Positions 30,788 through 32,000 of a stretch of DNA of 32,000 bases are shown piece after piece (the first letter of the stretch is position 1; the number at the start of each line of letters is the position of its first letter). This DNA comes from an uncultured Chloroflexia bacterium (lineage in GTDB: Bacteria > Chloroflexota > Anaerolineae > JAAYZQ01). Where the stretch lies: NCBI GenBank assembly GCA_963749455.1, contig CAVVMX010000043.1, forward strand, positions 201,758 through 233,757, written 5' to 3'. A program made the translations under genes and the position numbers. The notes beneath the pieces were generated by a model. It was not told where the DNA came from. It was given only the letters and a program-made list of their open reading frames with translations, and did no database searches.

Positions 30788-31782
30788 GTGACCTATCTAC
30801 CAGCCGATACCCGCTACGACGCCATGCGCTACAACCGCTGCGGCCGCAGCGGCCTGAAGCTGCCGGCCGTGTCGCTCGGGCTGTGGCACAACTTTGGCGG
30901 CGTGGACACCCTGGAGAACGCCCGGGCGATGATCCTCCGCGCCTTTGACCTGGGCATCACCCACTTTGACCTGGCCAACAACTATGGCCCGCCGCCCGGC
31001 TCGGCCGAGGAGAACTTTGGCCGGATCCTCCGCCAGGACCTGGCCCGCTACCGCGACGAGCTGATCATCTCCACCAAGGCCGGCTGGGGCATGTGGCCCG
31101 GCCCCTACGGCGACCTGGGCTCGCGCAAGTACCTGGTGGCCAGCCTCGACCAGAGCCTGAAGCGGATGGGGCTGGAGTACGTGGACATCTTTTACCACCA
31201 CCGCCCCGACCCCGAGACGCCGATGGAAGAGACGATGGGCGCCCTCGACCACGTCGTCCGCCAGGGCAAGGCGCTGTATGCCGGCATCTCCTCCTACGAC
31301 GCCGAGCAGACGCGCCGGGCGGCCGCCGATCCTGCGCGAGCTGGGCACGCCGTGCCTGATCCACCAGCCGGTCGTACAACATGTTCAACCGCTGGATCGA
31401 GGACGAGCTGCTTGACGTGCTGGACGAGGAGGGGATCGGCTGCATCGTCTTCTCCCCGCTGGCCCAGGGGCTCCTGACCGACAAGTACCTGGACGGCATC
31501 CCCGCCGGGTCGCGGGCCGCCAAGCCGCACGGCTTTCTCCGGCCGGCCAACATCACCGAGGACAAGCTGGCCAAGGTCCGCAAGCTGAACGAGATGGCCC
31601 AGGCGCGCGGCCAGACGTTGGCCCAGATGGCCCTGGCCTGGGTGCTGCGCCACAAGGGCATGACCTCGGTGCTCGTCGGCGCCAGCAGCGTGAGCCAGGT
31701 CGAGGACAATGTCGCGACCCTGAACAATCTGGCATTCGCAGACGAGGAGTTGGCCGAGATCGAAAAGATCCTGACGACGTGA
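30788..31782 (+). CDS. Aldo-keto reductase, YghZ/Gpr-like (L-glyceraldehyde-3-phosphate reductase type); 2 frame changes (~31325, ~31375)
   Basis: YNRCGRSGLKLPAVSLGLWHNFG...AFDLGITHFDLANNYGPPPGSAE...YVDIFYHHRPD comes from ORF 30788... The middle piece ..ILRELGTPCLIHQP.YNMFNRW and the tail ...IVFSPLAQGLLT..VLVGASSVSQVEDNV come from ORF 31381..31782. The GTG start lies 5 nt after AGGAGG. Confidence 0.85.
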
Positions 31783-31821
31783 CGGTCGCGAGATGGCCAT
31801 GCCTGGCGTAGGATCAGACGT

Positions 31822-32000
31822 CTAGGGCCAGTACGGTCTCGATCTTGGTTGCCAGGGCGAAATCCTTGTCCACCAGGCCGCCAGCGCTGCGAGTGGACAA
31901 AGTCAGAGACACCTTGCGGCAGCGCGCGTCAATGTTGGGGTGCCGGCTTTTCCCGGGCCTGTTGGCCGCGCACCCGGTCCCAGGCATCGCGGATCTGTCG
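31822..32000 (-). CDS. Pterin-4a-carbinolamine dehydratase (PCD/DCoH); 5' part outside the window, at least one frame change near 31945
   Basis: The minus-strand translation is ..HPNIDARCRKVSLTLSTRSAGGLVDKDFALATKIETVLAL*, ending at TAG (complement of 31822-31824). This matches the HHP.I....KV.L.L.TH...GL...D..LA..I PCD signature. Confidence 0.65.

Overview
This is a 32-kb GC-rich bacterial chromosomal segment. Protein flavour, T-box use and the DnaE architecture suggest a Chloroflexota-like organism, but that is tentative. I can account for about 28 protein genes, one Trp T-box leader, several near-consensus sigma70-type promoters and a few operators and hairpins. I saw no rRNA, tRNA, CRISPR array, transposase, integrase or phage genes.

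Gene order:
- gltD-like 3' end, then on the minus strand a solute-binding protein and a clan GH-A hydrolase.
- GT2, GT4, flippase-like protein and epimerase (envelope glycoconjugate cluster).
- pfk, guaB, an Arm/Rmt-type 16S rRNA methyltransferase, rsmI, a divergent TGT-family protein and a small conserved protein.
- GH4 glycosidase with an extra N-terminal domain (minus strand).
- dnaE, ybaK-like deacylase, a ~1725-aa multi-GAF histidine kinase and DegV.
- On the minus strand: dodecin, trpB2, trpS with its T-box, trxA, a csoR-like repressor, tsaD and tpx.
- An aldo-keto reductase, then a pterin dehydratase (minus strand, partial).

Key caveat: almost every gene longer than about 600 nt is broken by single-nucleotide frame changes, roughly 60-75 by eye. 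This includes essential dnaE, guaB, trpS and tsaD. It looks like consensus or indel error rather than biology, so I report whole-gene spans reconstructed by following conserved protein sequence across ORF-track fragments.

I found no clear-cut new defence or mobile system. The best leads are:
- the aminoglycoside-resistance-type m7G1405 methyltransferase embedded in a translationally coupled string with rsmI and a non-canonical TGT;
- the Trp T-box driving trpS-trpB2, with an extra terminator-like hairpin inside the leader;
- the GH4 N-terminal fusion domain;
- a His-less CsoR-like repressor with trxA and a textbook operator;
- an in-frame repeat-bearing insertion in the ybaK-like gene.
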